Counted from the first letter of the stretch, positions 51,398-62,256 are shown. The stretch is DNA of 64,000 bases from Lysobacterales bacterium (GCA_038226665.1 JBBRQI010000003.1:38678-102677); one strand, 5' to 3'. Program-made: numbers and translations. The notes: generated from the letters alone by a model not told the origin.

Positions 51398-52720
51398 ATG
51401 CGTCCCCAGCCTGCGAAACTCGAAGAACAACTGCAACACATCCAACGTTCGGCGTTCGCCTACTTCCAGCACGAAACCAATCCGCTGAATGGTCTTGTGC
51501 TGGACAAGACCGAGCCAGCGTGGCCCGCGAGCATCGCTGCGACAGGCCTTGCGCTGGCCTCGTATCCGGTCGCGATCGAACGCGGCCTGATGACGAAGGA
51601 CCACGCGATCGAACGCACACTCGCGACACTGCGGTTCTTCTGGAACAGCCCGCAAGGCACCGAGCCCGACGCCACCGGCTATCGCGGTTTCTACTACCAC
51701 TTCCTCGACATGAACACCGGCAGGCGCGCATGGAATTGCGAGCTGTCGACCGTGGACAGCGCATTCCTGCTGGCCGGCATGCTGGCTGTGGCGGCGTATT
51801 TCGCCGACGATACCGCCGATCAGCGCGAGATCCGCACTCTCGCGAACGACCTCTACCTGCGCGCGGACTGGCAGTGGGCCCAGACTGGCGGCGACACGAT
51901 TTGCCATGGATGGAAACCCGAATCCGGTTTCCTGAAATGCCGCTGGCAGGGCTACGACGAAGCACTGCTGCTCTACATGCTCGCGCTCGGTTCGCCGACT
52001 CATCCATTGCCTGCGAGCGCCTACGAGGCGTGGTGTTCGACCTACGAATGGAAGAACTGCTACGGCATCGACTATCTCTATGCGGGGCCGTTGTTCATTC
52101 ATCAGTTATCGCACGTGTGGATCGATTTTCGCGGCATCCAGGACGCGTTCATGCGCGGCAAGGGCATGGACTATTTCGAGAACAGCCGCCGCGCCACGCA
52201 CGTGCAGCAGCGGTATGCGATCGACAACCCACTGGGTTTCGATGGCTATTGCGGACACTGTTGGGGCATCACCGCAAGCGATGGTCCCGGCCCGGCCGAA
52301 GCGATGGTCCATGGAGTCGAGCGCCATTTCTACGACTATGAAGGACGCGGCGCACCATACGGCATCGACGACGGCACGCTGGCGCCGTGGGCGGTCGTCG
52401 CCTCGTTGCCTTTCGCACCGGAGATCGTGTTACCGGCCATGCATCACTACATGCACACGCTGGAATTGCACGACCACAACCGTTACGGCTTCAAGGCAAC
52501 CTTCAACCCGAGCTTCCACGGAAAACCTGACTCGACTTGCGGCTGGATCTCACCGTGGTATTTCGGGCTGAATCTGGGCCCGGTCGTCTTGATGACCGAG
52601 AACTATCGTAGCGGCATGTTGTGGGAGCTGATGCGAGGCTGTCGGTACATAGTCGACGGCCTGCGTCGCGCAGGATTCGAGGGTGGCTGGCTGGAGACCG
52701 AAACACGGAAGGCATCATGA
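51398..52720 (+). CDS. glucoamylase-family protein (COG5368 / beta-1,2-glucanase GH144-like), no signal peptide
   Basis: Internal ATG of ORF 51338..52720. FAYFQHETNPLNGLVLDKT..., ...GFYYHFLDMNTGRR...ELSTVDSAFLLAG..., ...WQGYDEALLLY... resemble this (alpha/alpha)6 family. Assignment from memory. Confidence 0.7.
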   Translation: MRPQPAKLEEQLQHIQRSAFAYFQHETNPLNGLVLDKTEPAWPASIAATGLALASYPVAIERGLMTKDHAIERTLATLRFFWNSPQGTEPDATGYRGFYYHFLDMNTGRRAWNCELSTVDSAFLLAGMLAVAAYFADDTADQREIRTLANDLYLRADWQWAQTGGDTICHGWKPESGFLKCRWQGYDEALLLYMLALGSPTHPLPASAYEAWCSTYEWKNCYGIDYLYAGPLFIHQLSHVWIDFRGIQDAFMRGKGMDYFENSRRATHVQQRYAIDNPLGFDGYCGHCWGITASDGPGPAEAMVHGVERHFYDYEGRGAPYGIDDGTLAPWAVVASLPFAPEIVLPAMHHYMHTLELHDHNRYGFKATFNPSFHGKPDSTCGWISPWYFGLNLGPVVLMTENYRSGMLWELMRGCRYIVDGLRRAGFEGGWLETETRKAS

Positions 52721-52782
52721 CAAATGAGCGCAGCCGCAATCACGCGGACGCTTTCAACCTTCAACGACACAGGAGCAGCACG

Positions 52783-53688
52783 ATGGATCTTGGAATGATC
52801 GGCCTCGGGCGCATGGGCGCCAACATGGCGCAGCGGTTGACGCGCAATAAACACCGCATCGTCGGCTTCGACCCGAATCCCGCCGCGCGCAAAAGCATTG
52901 AGGACAACGGTGCCGAATCGGCCGATTCGCTCGAAGCGATGGTCAGCAAGCTCGATGCGCCGCGCGTGGTGTGGATGATGGTGCCGGCAGGCGAGATCAC
53001 CGACAACACCGTCACTGCCCTGCTCGCCTTGCTCGCGCCGGGTGATTGCATCATCGATGGCGGCAATTCCAACTACAAGGACACGCTACGCCGCGCGGCC
53101 GTGTGCGCCGGCAAGAAGATCGATTATGTCGACTCCGGCACCAGCGGCGGCGTGTGGGGACTCGAACAGGGTTACAGCCTGATGATCGGCGGCGAGGCAG
53201 CAGTCGTCGAGCGCCTGCGCCCGATCTTCGAAACACTCGCGCCTGGAACGGATCAGGGCTGGGGACGGGTCGGCCCGGTCGGTTCGGGACACTTCACCAA
53301 GATGATCCACAACGGCATCGAATACGGAATGATGCAGGCCTATGCGGAGGGATTCTCGATCCTGCAGCACAAGAAAGACTTCGCTCTCGACCTGCACCAG
53401 GTCGCCGAGATCTGGCGTTACGGCAGCGTCGTGCGCTCGTGGTTGCTCGACCTCACCTCCGATGCGCTCGGCAAGAACCCGACGATGACCGGCATCGCGC
53501 CGTATGTCGTCGATTCGGGCGAAGGCCGCTGGACCGTGGCCGAAGCGATCGATCTCGACGTGCCCGCGCCGATCATCACGCAATCCTTGATCGAACGCCT
53601 GCGTTCGCGCGATTCGGATTCATTCACCGACAAGCTGCTCGCGTCGATGCGCAACGAATTCGGCGGCCACGCGATCAAGAAAGAATAA
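52783..53688 (+). CDS. gnd: 6-phosphogluconate dehydrogenase, short (about 300-aa, YqeC/Gnd-like) form
   Basis: The ATG follows AGGAG. MDLGMIGLGRMGANMAQRL Rossmann motif, then ...IDGGNSNYKDT..., ...GSGHFTKMIHNGIEYGMMQAYAEG.... Confidence 0.88.
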   Translation: MDLGMIGLGRMGANMAQRLTRNKHRIVGFDPNPAARKSIEDNGAESADSLEAMVSKLDAPRVVWMMVPAGEITDNTVTALLALLAPGDCIIDGGNSNYKDTLRRAAVCAGKKIDYVDSGTSGGVWGLEQGYSLMIGGEAAVVERLRPIFETLAPGTDQGWGRVGPVGSGHFTKMIHNGIEYGMMQAYAEGFSILQHKKDFALDLHQVAEIWRYGSVVRSWLLDLTSDALGKNPTMTGIAPYVVDSGEGRWTVAEAIDLDVPAPIITQSLIERLRSRDSDSFTDKLLASMRNEFGGHAIKKE

Positions 53689-53700
53689 GCGCGTCGCATC

Positions 53701-54411
53701 ATGCAGGCAGTTGCCGAACAGATCGTGCGCTGGCATCCGGTCGCGGATGCGTCGGCGCTGCAACAGGCAGCGTATCGATGGATCGTCGACGCGTCCGTGC
53801 GCGCGATTGCGGAACGCGGACGTTTCACGATTGTCCTCGCCGGCGGCAATACGCCGCGTGGCGTTTACGCAATGTTGGGTCATCTCGACACGGATTGGTC
53901 GCGCTGGGACATCTGGTACGGCGATGAGCGTTGCGCCCTGCCCGACGATCCGGAACGCAACAGCATGATGGCGCGCGTTGCGTGGCTCGATTATGTGGCG
54001 ATTCCACGCGAACAGATTCACGCGATCCCCACTGAACGCGGCGCCGAGGTTGCCGCGCATGCTTATGCCGATGCGTTGCGCAGCGTCGATGATTTCGATC
54101 TGGTGCTGCTCGGCATCGGCGAAGACGGACATACGGCGAGCCTGTTTCCGCTACACGACCTGGGCGCCGCCGCCGATGCAGCGGATGTTCTTGTCGTGTC
54201 CGACGCACCGAAGCCGCCACCGCAGCGTGTTTCGCTCAGCGCCGCGCGCATGGGCCGCGCGCGTGAAGTCTTGTTTCTGGTCGAAGGCGATTCCAAGCGC
54301 GATGCGGTGACGCGCTGGCGGGCACGGGACGATATTCCTGCGCGTGCAATCTGCCCGGCTGCCGGTGTCGATGTGCTGGTCGAAGCGTCCCTGCTGCAAC
54401 CGCCGGCGTAA
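53701..54411 (+). CDS. pgl: 6-phosphogluconolactonase
   Basis: 236 aa. ...FTIVLAGGNTPRGVY..., ...WYGDERC..., ...DLVLLGIGEDGHTASLFP... are canonical Pgl/DevB motifs. Confidence 0.88.
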   Translation: MQAVAEQIVRWHPVADASALQQAAYRWIVDASVRAIAERGRFTIVLAGGNTPRGVYAMLGHLDTDWSRWDIWYGDERCALPDDPERNSMMARVAWLDYVAIPREQIHAIPTERGAEVAAHAYADALRSVDDFDLVLLGIGEDGHTASLFPLHDLGAAADAADVLVVSDAPKPPPQRVSLSAARMGRAREVLFLVEGDSKRDAVTRWRARDDIPARAICPAAGVDVLVEASLLQPPA

Positions 54412-54478
54412 TGGAAAACGCTGCAACCTGGATCATCGCGGCACTCACATCGCCAACGCGCAACACCCACTCGCGGGA

Positions 54479-54955
54479 CTACTTTTTCTGCGTCGTGCGA
54501 TGCGAATGCGTTGCATTGATCTCGCTGCCGCCACGCTGCCGGCAATCGTATCGCGTGGCGCGTATCGTACGCTGCGCGATCGTGTAGCGGGCTTTCTCGC
54601 CGAGTTGCCGTTCCTGCTTCGGCAACAGGCAGCGGACAAGCTTGTTGTCGTCTTTGATGACGATCGGCGTTTGCGCCATGGGTGTCGGCTGGCTCACATG
54701 TTCGTCAACTGCGTATTCGCCGCCGCGTGCGCGGCAGTCGGCTGGCGTGGTCTGTTCGGGACGGCGCGCGCCCATCATGGCGTGGCCGCCGACCGAGTGT
54801 ATCTGCCCCGGCAGCATGCATTCCACGGTTTGCGCGGAATCGGCATCCGCAGCACGCGCTGCATGCGGCGCTGCGAACGAGGTCATCGCAATGGCGACAA
54901 CCGCAAGCAGCATGCTGGCATGGAAGGACGGGCGTCGTGGCGTGAGGACGTTCAT
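54479..54955 (-). CDS. hypothetical secreted protein
   Basis: Internal ATG of ORF 54479..55243. MNVLTPRRPSFHASMLLAVVAIAMTSFAAPHAARA is a signal-like N-terminus. Two similar Cys-containing half-repeats (...CMLPGQ...ADCRARGG / ...CLLPKQ...YDCRQRGG). Confidence 0.45.
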   Translation of the reverse strand: MNVLTPRRPSFHASMLLAVVAIAMTSFAAPHAARAADADSAQTVECMLPGQIHSVGGHAMMGARRPEQTTPADCRARGGEYAVDEHVSQPTPMAQTPIVIKDDNKLVRCLLPKQERQLGEKARYTIAQRTIRATRYDCRQRGGSEINATHSHRTTQKK

Positions 54956-55130
54956 GGCGATGGCTTCCAGTCGAGGCGAGACGGTGCGAGGTACCCGGTG
55001 CGCAGCATAGACCCGATCGGGGGCCGTGCGCAGCAAGCCACGCGCGGCCCGGCATGCTATCCCCAATTCGAGCGCGTCATGGCAAGATCGGGGGCAACGC
55101 CGGTTTGATCTGGCATACCTGCCCATCGCC

Positions 55131-55475
55131 ATGTACGAAAGCCGCTTGCATCCGCCGCTCCCGCTCCCACGCTTCTTGCGGCGGCTCATGTTGCATGCGT
55201 TTTTTTCCGCAATGCTGATCGTGGGATCGCTGGCGATGGGCATGGCCGGTTACGCGCATTTCGAGCACCTGCCATGGCGCGATGCTTTCCTGAATTCGGC
55301 GATGCTGCTTGGCGGCATGGGTCCGGTCGATCCCCCGCACACGAACGGAGGCAAGTTGTTCGCCGGTTTGTATGCGTTGTATGCGGGGCTGGTGTTCATC
55401 ATCGGGGTCAGCGTCGTGCTCGCGCCGGTCGTGCATCGCGTGCTGCACAAGTTCCATTGGGACCAGCAGGATTGA
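55131..55475 (+). CDS. hypothetical small membrane protein
   Basis: Internal ATG of ORF 55026..55475. 114 aa with 2-3 hydrophobic segments. No family recognised. Confidence 0.4.
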   Translation: MYESRLHPPLPLPRFLRRLMLHAFFSAMLIVGSLAMGMAGYAHFEHLPWRDAFLNSAMLLGGMGPVDPPHTNGGKLFAGLYALYAGLVFIIGVSVVLAPVVHRVLHKFHWDQQD

Positions 55476-55570
55476 TTCGGGCTGCCGATGCGAATCCTTC
55501 CATTGCAGTGGCCGCGGGCTGCATGGTTTGAGGGTATCCTCCGGATGCGCCGCAGCCGCGGCATCGGGGA

Positions 55571-56923
55571 ATGCGCATGGTCGTGAATGACGCAGGCGCT
55601 CGCAACACGAGCATGGTCGGTGGAGGTCCTGCGCTGTTGCGAGGGATTGGTTTCTGGGCGCTCACGGCATCCGTGCTCAACAACACGATCGGCGGCGGCG
55701 TCTTCGAAAATCCAGCCAGCCTGGCCAAGGATCTCGGAGCATTCGCACCCTATGTGATGTTCCTGGGCGCGCTGGTGTTCATACCTATTGCGTTGTGCTT
55801 TTCTGCGGCAGGCAGCCGCATCCACGCGACCGGTGGCGCGTACAGTTACGTCACCGCAGCATTCGGTCCATTCACCGGGTATCTGGTCGCGTCGTTCCTC
55901 TGGATATCGAACGTCGCCGCCAGTGGCGCGATCGCGGCATCGCTCTCCGATCAAGTCGCGTATTTCGCGCCGGTGTTCGCCGACCCGCTGCCGCGTACGG
56001 CATTCATCATCGGGACCTATCTGTTCCTCATCGCGGTCAATGCGCGCGGCGTGCGGATCGGCGCGCGCGCCATCATGGTCCTGGCGACGATCAAGTTGAC
56101 GCCACTGATCCTGCTGGCCGTCGTCGGCCTGTTCTACATCCACCCGGTCTACCTGCACGTGGCCGCGTTGCCGCCACTGTCCGTGGTTGCCAGTTCCATG
56201 GGTTTGGTGCTGTTTGCCTACAGCGGCATGGAGACGGCCCTGCTCCCTTCCGGCGAAGTCAGCAATCCCAGCAGCAACGTCCCGAAGGCGACGCTCGCAG
56301 CGATCGCACTGGTGGTGCTGGTCTACGTCGGATTGCAAGTGGTGGCCCAGGGTGTCCTTGGAACCGCGCTGGCCGACAGTAAATCGCCGCTGGCCGAAGT
56401 GGCGGGCCTGATCGTTCCGGCGTTCCGGATCGTCCTGCTGTTCGCGGCGAGCGTATCCCTGTTCGGCTTCATGCAGAACGACATCTTCGGATCGTCGCGA
56501 CTGCTGTACGCGCTGGCCCGCGATGGCTACCTGCCCTCGCCGCTCGCGCGCATTACCACGACCCATCGCGTGCCGCTTTTGGCGGTCGTGCTATATGCGA
56601 TCGTCGCCACCGTGCTCGCGATCAAGGGCGAGTTCACCGGCTTGGCGTTGTTTTCAGGCAAAGCGATCTGCCTGGTCTACATCGGCGTGTGCATCGCTTC
56701 CTGGTACCTGCAACGGCTCGACCTGCGTGGCGAAGGCAAGCCCTTCATGCTGCATGGCGGCCCGGTCATCCCACTGATCGGCTGCGCGAGCATGGTGTGG
56801 ATCCTGAGCACGATGTCGTCCGCCGAATGGATCGCCCTTGGCGGTGCCTTGGTTGCGGTGATCCTTATCTACGGCATCGTGGATTGGCCGCGCGGAAGAA
56901 GCGTCCTGCTCGGTCGGGAATGA
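55571..56923 (+). CDS. APC-superfamily amino-acid permease
   Basis: 450 aa, about 12 TM segments. The N-terminal ...LTASVLNNTIGGGVF... motif is typical of APC transporters. Confidence 0.85.
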   Translation: MRMVVNDAGARNTSMVGGGPALLRGIGFWALTASVLNNTIGGGVFENPASLAKDLGAFAPYVMFLGALVFIPIALCFSAAGSRIHATGGAYSYVTAAFGPFTGYLVASFLWISNVAASGAIAASLSDQVAYFAPVFADPLPRTAFIIGTYLFLIAVNARGVRIGARAIMVLATIKLTPLILLAVVGLFYIHPVYLHVAALPPLSVVASSMGLVLFAYSGMETALLPSGEVSNPSSNVPKATLAAIALVVLVYVGLQVVAQGVLGTALADSKSPLAEVAGLIVPAFRIVLLFAASVSLFGFMQNDIFGSSRLLYALARDGYLPSPLARITTTHRVPLLAVVLYAIVATVLAIKGEFTGLALFSGKAICLVYIGVCIASWYLQRLDLRGEGKPFMLHGGPVIPLIGCASMVWILSTMSSAEWIALGGALVAVILIYGIVDWPRGRSVLLGRE

Positions 56924-56969
56924 TCGGATGCGAACGATCAGGCCGCAGACAGCCTGATCAATCCATCCC

Positions 56970-58643
56970 TCAGCCCATCTCCCTTTGCCGCAGATAGCGC
57001 TTGATCAACGTGTTGGTGGAACTGTCGTGGACGAGTTTCGGCGGCTTGGTTGATGTCAATTCTGCAGCAGTGGTCTTGGCGAGTTGCTTGCCGAGTTCCA
57101 CGCCCCACTGGTCGAACGAATCGATGTTCCAGATCGCGCCCTGCACGAACACGCTGTGTTCGTAGAGTGCGATCAACGCCCCAAGCGTATTGGGATTCAG
57201 GCGTTCGGCGAGGATGGTGTTGCTCGGCCGGTTGCCTTCGCAGACGCGGTGCGGCACCAGCCCAGGCGGCGTGCCTTCGGCGGTGACCTGCTCGACGGTC
57301 TTGCCGAACGCGAGCGCTTCGCTCTGCGCGAACATGTTCGCCATCAGCAGGTCGTGCTGTTCGCCAAGTACATTCATCGGTTCGCAGAATCCGATGAAAT
57401 CGCAGGGGATCAATCGCGTGCCCTGGTGGAGCAACTGATAGAACGAATGCTGCCCATTCGTGCCCGGTTCGCCCCAGTAAATCGGCGCGGTTTCGAAATC
57501 GACGAGGGTGCCATCAAGGCAGACGTGCTTGCCGTTGCTCTCCATCACGAGCTGCTGCAGGTAGGCCGGAAAGCGCTTGAGGTATTGCGCGTAGGGCAAC
57601 ACCGCAACGGTCTCGGCGCCGACCAGGAAGTTGTTGTTCCACACCGCGAGCATGCCCATCAGCAACGGCATGTTGCGCTCGGGCGGCGCGCTGCGGAAGT
57701 GGTTGTCCATCGCGTGGAAGCCGGCCAGCATCGCGTGGAAGTGATCCGGCCCGATCGCGATCATGGTGGACAAGCCGATCGCCGAATCCATCGAATAGCG
57801 ACCGCCGACCCAATCCCAGAAACCGAACATGTTCGCAGTGTCGATGCCGAATTTCTTGACTTCCTCGGTGTTCGTCGAAACGGCGACGAAATGCCTGGCG
57901 ACCGCCTTCTCGTCGCGCAGCGCGGCCACGCACCACTTGCGCGCAGCGTTGGCATTGGTCAGCGTTTCGAGCGTAGTGAAGGTCTTCGAGCAGACGATGA
58001 ACAACGTTTCGGCTGGATTGAGGTCGCGCGTCGCCTCGATGAAATCGGTGCCGTCGACGTTCGACACGAAACGGAACGTCAGGTCGCGCTGGCTGAAGTT
58101 CTTCAACGCTTCGTAAGCCATCACCGGCCCGAGATCGGAGCCGCCGATGCCGATGCTGATGACGTTGCGGATGCGATGGCCTGTGTGCCCTTTCCACGAG
58201 CCGCTGCGCACCTGAGCGGCGAACGCGACCATCTTCTGCAACACGGCATGGACGTCGGGGACGACATTGCGTCCATCGACGTCGTAGCGCACGTGCGCTG
58301 GCGCGCGCAACGCCATATGCATCACGGCGCGGTTCTCGGTCGTGTTGATCTTCTCGCCCCGGAACATCGCATCGCGGCGTTCGGTCACGCCGCATGCGGT
58401 CGCGAGCTTGAGCAGCAGCGCGATGGTTTCATCGGTGACGCGGTTCTTGGAGTAATCCAGGTACAGGCCGGCCGCCTCGACGCACATCTTTCCTCCGCGT
58501 CGATCATCGGCAGCGAACAGGTCGCGCAGATGCGCTGTCCCGGCCTTGGCCGCGTGCAATTTAAGCGCCTGCCATTCCGGCCGCGCGGTCGTCCTGGGTT
58601 GTTTCGCGCCGCCGCGTGCGGGTGTGGTCGGAATGGCCATCAC
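56970..58643 (-). CDS. pgi: glucose-6-phosphate isomerase
   Basis: 557 aa. ...[12 protein letters not shown]..., ...[12 protein letters not shown]..., ...[13 protein letters not shown]..., ...ESNGK... are PGI signatures. Confidence 0.93.
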   Translation of the reverse strand: MMAIPTTPARGGAKQPRTTARPEWQALKLHAAKAGTAHLRDLFAADDRRGGKMCVEAAGLYLDYSKNRVTDETIALLLKLATACGVTERRDAMFRGEKINTTENRAVMHMALRAPAHVRYDVDGRNVVPDVHAVLQKMVAFAAQVRSGSWKGHTGHRIRNVISIGIGGSDLGPVMAYEALKNFSQRDLTFRFVSNVDGTDFIEATRDLNPAETLFIVCSKTFTTLETLTNANAARKWCVAALRDEKAVARHFVAVSTNTEEVKKFGIDTANMFGFWDWVGGRYSMDSAIGLSTMIAIGPDHFHAMLAGFHAMDNHFRSAPPERNMPLLMGMLAVWNNNFLVGAETVAVLPYAQYLKRFPAYLQQLVMESNGKHVCLDGTLVDFETAPIYWGEPGTNGQHSFYQLLHQGTRLIPCDFIGFCEPMNVLGEQHDLLMANMFAQSEALAFGKTVEQVTAEGTPPGLVPHRVCEGNRPSNTILAERLNPNTLGALIALYEHSVFVQGAIWNIDSFDQWGVELGKQLAKTTAAELTSTKPPKLVHDSSTNTLIKRYLRQREMG

Positions 58644-59731
58644 GCACCACCTGCGCTGGCCAGTGCATTGCTCTTGTCGGCGATGCGTTGCATAAGTTCC
58701 CCCCAGGATTTCACGAATGAGGCAGCGCCCTCCTTTTGCAATTGCAATGCGAGTGCGCCGATGTCGATGCCGGCCTCTGCGAAACGCGCGAGCGTCGCTT
58801 CCGCGTCGCCACCGTCGGCAGCCATTGCAACACCGACAACGCCATGATCAGCGAATGCGCGCAGGGTTTTTTCGGGCATCGTGTTGATCGTATCCGGCGC
58901 GGCGAATGCCTGGATGTACAGCGTATCCGGAGCGTTGGGGTCCTTGGTGCCGGTGCTCGCCCACAGCAGGCGCTGCGGATGCGCGCCCTGCGCCGCGAGC
59001 CTGGTCCAGCGATCCGAGGCCAGCAGTTCGCGATACGCACGATACGTGTGTTGACCGATCGCGATGCCGAGCTTGTTGCGCAGTTCGACCGGCACTTTTT
59101 CAGCAACTGATTTGTCCCAGCGGCTGATGAACAGCGATGCCACCGATTCGACCTTCGGATCGAGTCCGGCAGCGATGCGGCGTTCGATCCCGCGCCGGTA
59201 GGCGTCGGCCGCGGCGAGATATTGTTCGCGCGAAAACAGCAACGTCACGTTGATCGGTACGCCAGCGAAGACCGCCTCCTCGATCGCTGGAAGACCTTCG
59301 GGCGTGCCCGGTATTTTCACGAACAGGTTCGGTCGATCGGCCAACGCATGGATCTGTTTCGCTGCGGCAATCGTGCCTGCGGTATCCGCAGCGAGCAGCG
59401 GCGAGACTTCCATCGACACCCAACCATCAATGTGGTCGGTCGATTCAAACGCAGGCCGGAACAGATCGGCTGCGCGGCGCAAGTCTTCCAGTGCCAGTTC
59501 GATGAACAGCGCTTCACCCGACGTGCCGGCCTTCGCTTTTGCGCGGATGCCTTCGTCGTAGGCATTGGTGCCGCCGATGGCTTCGTCGAAAATAGTCGGA
59601 TTCGACGTGAGGCCGGTGACGGAAAAATTCTCGATGTAATCGCGCAACGTTCCATTGTTGAGGATTTCACGGGTGATGTTGTCGAGCCAGAGGCTCTGGC
59701 CGAGATCGTGCAGTTGCTGGGTCGGTTTCAT
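58640..59731 (-). CDS. tal: transaldolase (long, about 360-aa type)
   Basis: 363 aa. [13 protein letters not shown]...[11 protein letters not shown]...FVKIPGT.... There is a 4-nt overlap with pgi. Confidence 0.92.
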   Translation of the reverse strand: MKPTQQLHDLGQSLWLDNITREILNNGTLRDYIENFSVTGLTSNPTIFDEAIGGTNAYDEGIRAKAKAGTSGEALFIELALEDLRRAADLFRPAFESTDHIDGWVSMEVSPLLAADTAGTIAAAKQIHALADRPNLFVKIPGTPEGLPAIEEAVFAGVPINVTLLFSREQYLAAADAYRRGIERRIAAGLDPKVESVASLFISRWDKSVAEKVPVELRNKLGIAIGQHTYRAYRELLASDRWTRLAAQGAHPQRLLWASTGTKDPNAPDTLYIQAFAAPDTINTMPEKTLRAFADHGVVGVAMAADGGDAEATLARFAEAGIDIGALALQLQKEGAASFVKSWGELMQRIADKSNALASAGGA

Positions 59732-59780
59732 GTGCGCTCCATTCTTCGTTGTTCGGTGATCATGATCCGGTTGCCGTTAC

Positions 59781-60476
59781 CTAGCTGTGTGCCAGTGCAT
59801 CCGGCGTGCCATGAAGAAACCATGCGAGATCGAGGCCGCAAAGATCGCCGATGCGTTCGATCGTGCGATCAGGCGAAGGATCGATCGGCGTATTCGCGGA
59901 CTCGATCGCGTAATGCCCTTGCCGCACGAACACGGTGGTCAGATTGTCGCCCATCACGCGCTTCATCGCCGCGAGCAACTGGGGTTTGTCGTCGATCATC
60001 ACGTGATGCGTAGCCGGGAAACGCACCTGCATCGCCGGCAGACTCCTTTCCTTGTGCATGCAAACGATCACGCGGCCATCGAGGGCGTCCCAGATACCCG
60101 AACGCTGGATCTTGCGCGGCTGGAACACGACATCGCCATCCGACAGCACGGCCGGCAAGCCCAGCGTTCGCAGGTGTGCGATCGCTTCCAGCGTTTTTGG
60201 ATAAAAACGTTGCGCGAATGGGTACTCGAGCAGGAAGCCCGAGATCAGCAGCAGTTTCGGATCGTCATCGATTTGCTGGCGAAACTGTTGCAACGCCGCC
60301 AGGTAATCCGCGTAGCCAAGTTGCTTGCGCAGATCGTTGTAGATCGTCCAGTAACGCTCGCATTCGGTGGTGCCGAAATCCTCCGTGAGCCGACCGCGCA
60401 GATCCGCGGCGAAGCGATCGTTGTCGAGCAGGGTGTTGTCGACGTCGAGCAGGAACACCACCTCGGTCGTCAACAC
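59781..60476 (-). CDS. HAD-superfamily hydrolase
   Basis: 231 aa with the N-terminal motif [13 protein letters not shown] (DxDxT). There is a 7-nt overlap with the zwf stop. Confidence 0.8.
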   Translation of the reverse strand: MLTTEVVFLLDVDNTLLDNDRFAADLRGRLTEDFGTTECERYWTIYNDLRKQLGYADYLAALQQFRQQIDDDPKLLLISGFLLEYPFAQRFYPKTLEAIAHLRTLGLPAVLSDGDVVFQPRKIQRSGIWDALDGRVIVCMHKERSLPAMQVRFPATHHVMIDDKPQLLAAMKRVMGDNLTTVFVRQGHYAIESANTPIDPSPDRTIERIGDLCGLDLAWFLHGTPDALAHS

Positions 60477-61876
60477 GGCTGGCTCTCCTCAGGCTTCGGA
60501 TCGTGCCAGCCTTCCCTGCTTGCGACGACCTTCGCTGCGGCTGCCGGCCCCCAAGTACCAGGTTGGTAAATGGTTGGCGGCTCGATGTGCACGCCATGCG
60601 CGCCGCCCAGGATCGGATCGACCACGCGCCACGCAGCCTCGACCGAATCGTCGCGCGTGAACAGCGACGCATCGCCGCGGATCGCATCGCCAAGCAAGCG
60701 CTCATACGGTGATTTCTCGCGTTGAAGGCGGCTGCGCGCAATCAGTTCCACGTTTTCACCCTGCATTTCCTCGCCAGCTTTCTTGACCCGTGCGCCGGCC
60801 GAGATCACCACTTCCGGGCTCAGGCGGAAGCGGAAATAATTCGATTCATGCGCGGTGATCTCATCGAAGATCGCGAGCGGAGGACGCTTGAGATCGACCA
60901 CGACTTCGGTCGTGGTGATCGGCAAGTTCTTGCCAGCGCGGATATAGAACGGCACGCCGGCCCACCGCCAAGTATCGATGTGCAGGCGCAGCGCTGCGAA
61001 GGTTTCGACCTGCGAATCCCCGGCAACGCCTTTCTCGTCCAGATAGCCACGGAATTGCCCGCGCACGACTTCCTTCGGATCCAGCGGGCGCATGGCGCGG
61101 AACAGCCGCAGCTTTTCGGCGCGCATCGCTTCGGCATCGCGCCCGACCGGCGCATCCATCGCGAGCAGCGCGATCACCTGCAACAGGTGGTTCTGCACCA
61201 CGTCGCGGATCGCGCCGACCTCCTCATAGAAACTGCCGCGGCCTTCCACGCCGAAATTCTCGGCCATCGTAATCTGCACGCTGTCGACGTAACTGCGGTT
61301 CCAGATCGGTTCGAGGAAGGTATTCGCAAAGCGGAAATACAGCAGGTTCTGCACCGCTTCCTTGCCGAGGTAATGATCGATGCGGAAGATCGATTCTTCG
61401 GGAAACACCGCATGCAGCGTCGCATTGAGATCCTGAGCGGACGCAAGATCGCGTCCGAAGGGCTTCTCCACGATCACCCTCGAATCCTTGGCGCAGCCGG
61501 AGTTTGCAAGGTGCTGCACGACGACCGGGAACATGCTCGGTGGTATCGCGAAATAATGGATCGGCCGCGAACGCCCGCTGAGTGCTTCACGAAGCTTTTC
61601 GTAGGTCGCGAGGTCGTTGTAGTCGCCATCGATGTATTGCAGCAGCGAGGAAAGTTTCGCGAACGCATCGGGATCGAGCTTGTCGTTCTTTTCGATGCTG
61701 TCGCGTGCGCGCGCGCGCAACTGTTCCAGCGTCCAACCCGCACGCGCCACGCCTACGATAGGCAGGTCGAAGCCATCGCGCTTGATCATCGCCTGCAACG
61801 CGGGAAAAATTTTCTTGTAGGCGAGGTCGCCGGTCGCACCGAAGAAAACGAAAGCATCCGAACAAGGTATCGCCAT
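60470..61876 (-). CDS. zwf: glucose-6-phosphate 1-dehydrogenase
   Basis: 468 aa. NADP motif [19 protein letters not shown], active-site region RIDHYLGKE, and ...EKPFGRDL.... Confidence 0.93.
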   Translation of the reverse strand: MAIPCSDAFVFFGATGDLAYKKIFPALQAMIKRDGFDLPIVGVARAGWTLEQLRARARDSIEKNDKLDPDAFAKLSSLLQYIDGDYNDLATYEKLREALSGRSRPIHYFAIPPSMFPVVVQHLANSGCAKDSRVIVEKPFGRDLASAQDLNATLHAVFPEESIFRIDHYLGKEAVQNLLYFRFANTFLEPIWNRSYVDSVQITMAENFGVEGRGSFYEEVGAIRDVVQNHLLQVIALLAMDAPVGRDAEAMRAEKLRLFRAMRPLDPKEVVRGQFRGYLDEKGVAGDSQVETFAALRLHIDTWRWAGVPFYIRAGKNLPITTTEVVVDLKRPPLAIFDEITAHESNYFRFRLSPEVVISAGARVKKAGEEMQGENVELIARSRLQREKSPYERLLGDAIRGDASLFTRDDSVEAAWRVVDPILGGAHGVHIEPPTIYQPGTWGPAAAAKVVASREGWHDPKPEESQPC

Positions 61877-62015
61877 TTCGATTCACCTCTCCATGGTTAT
61901 CGTCGGCGCCACGGCCTGATCGGCTGGCGCGGTGGATCGCAGTTCCAAGACTAGCAAGATCGTTCGCCCAAGGCTGGAGCGCAGTTGATGAAGGATATTA
62001 TGGAAACGGCAAACG

Positions 62016-62040
62016 AAAAACCCGGCACCAGGCCGGGTTT
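62016..62040 (-). terminator. rho-independent terminator downstream of the tRNA pair
   Basis: The minus strand reads AAACCCGGC-CTGGT-GCCGGGTTT followed by TT (five consecutive T counting the stem's TTT), 33 nt after the tRNA-Glu 3-prime end. Confidence 0.6.
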
Positions 62041-62072
62041 CGTAGACTGCTCGTTCGGTTGCCGCTGCAAAC

Positions 62073-62148
62073 TGGCGTCCCCACGGGGATTCGAACCCCG
62101 GTCGCGTCCGTGAAAGGGACGTGTCCTAGGCCTCTAGACGATGGGGAC
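62073..62148 (-). tRNA. tRNA-Glu (anticodon UUC)
   Basis: The reverse complement GTCCCCATCGTCTAGAGGCCTAGGACACGTCCCTTTCACGGACGCGACCGGGGTTCGAATCCCCGTGGGGACGCCA is 76 nt. It folds as a cloverleaf, is near-identical to E. coli tRNA-Glu, and has an encoded CCA. Confidence 0.93.
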
Positions 62149-62180
62149 AGAGGCAGTTGTTTCAGAAACCGCAAACTTAT

Positions 62181-62256
<76 letters not shown>

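Noticed and set aside
57084-58847. 587-aa plus-strand ORF, with 60722..61954 of 410 aa
   Set aside because: They are antisense to pgi/tal and zwf respectively. Both are typical GC-artefact translations rich in Arg/Ala/His/Asp.
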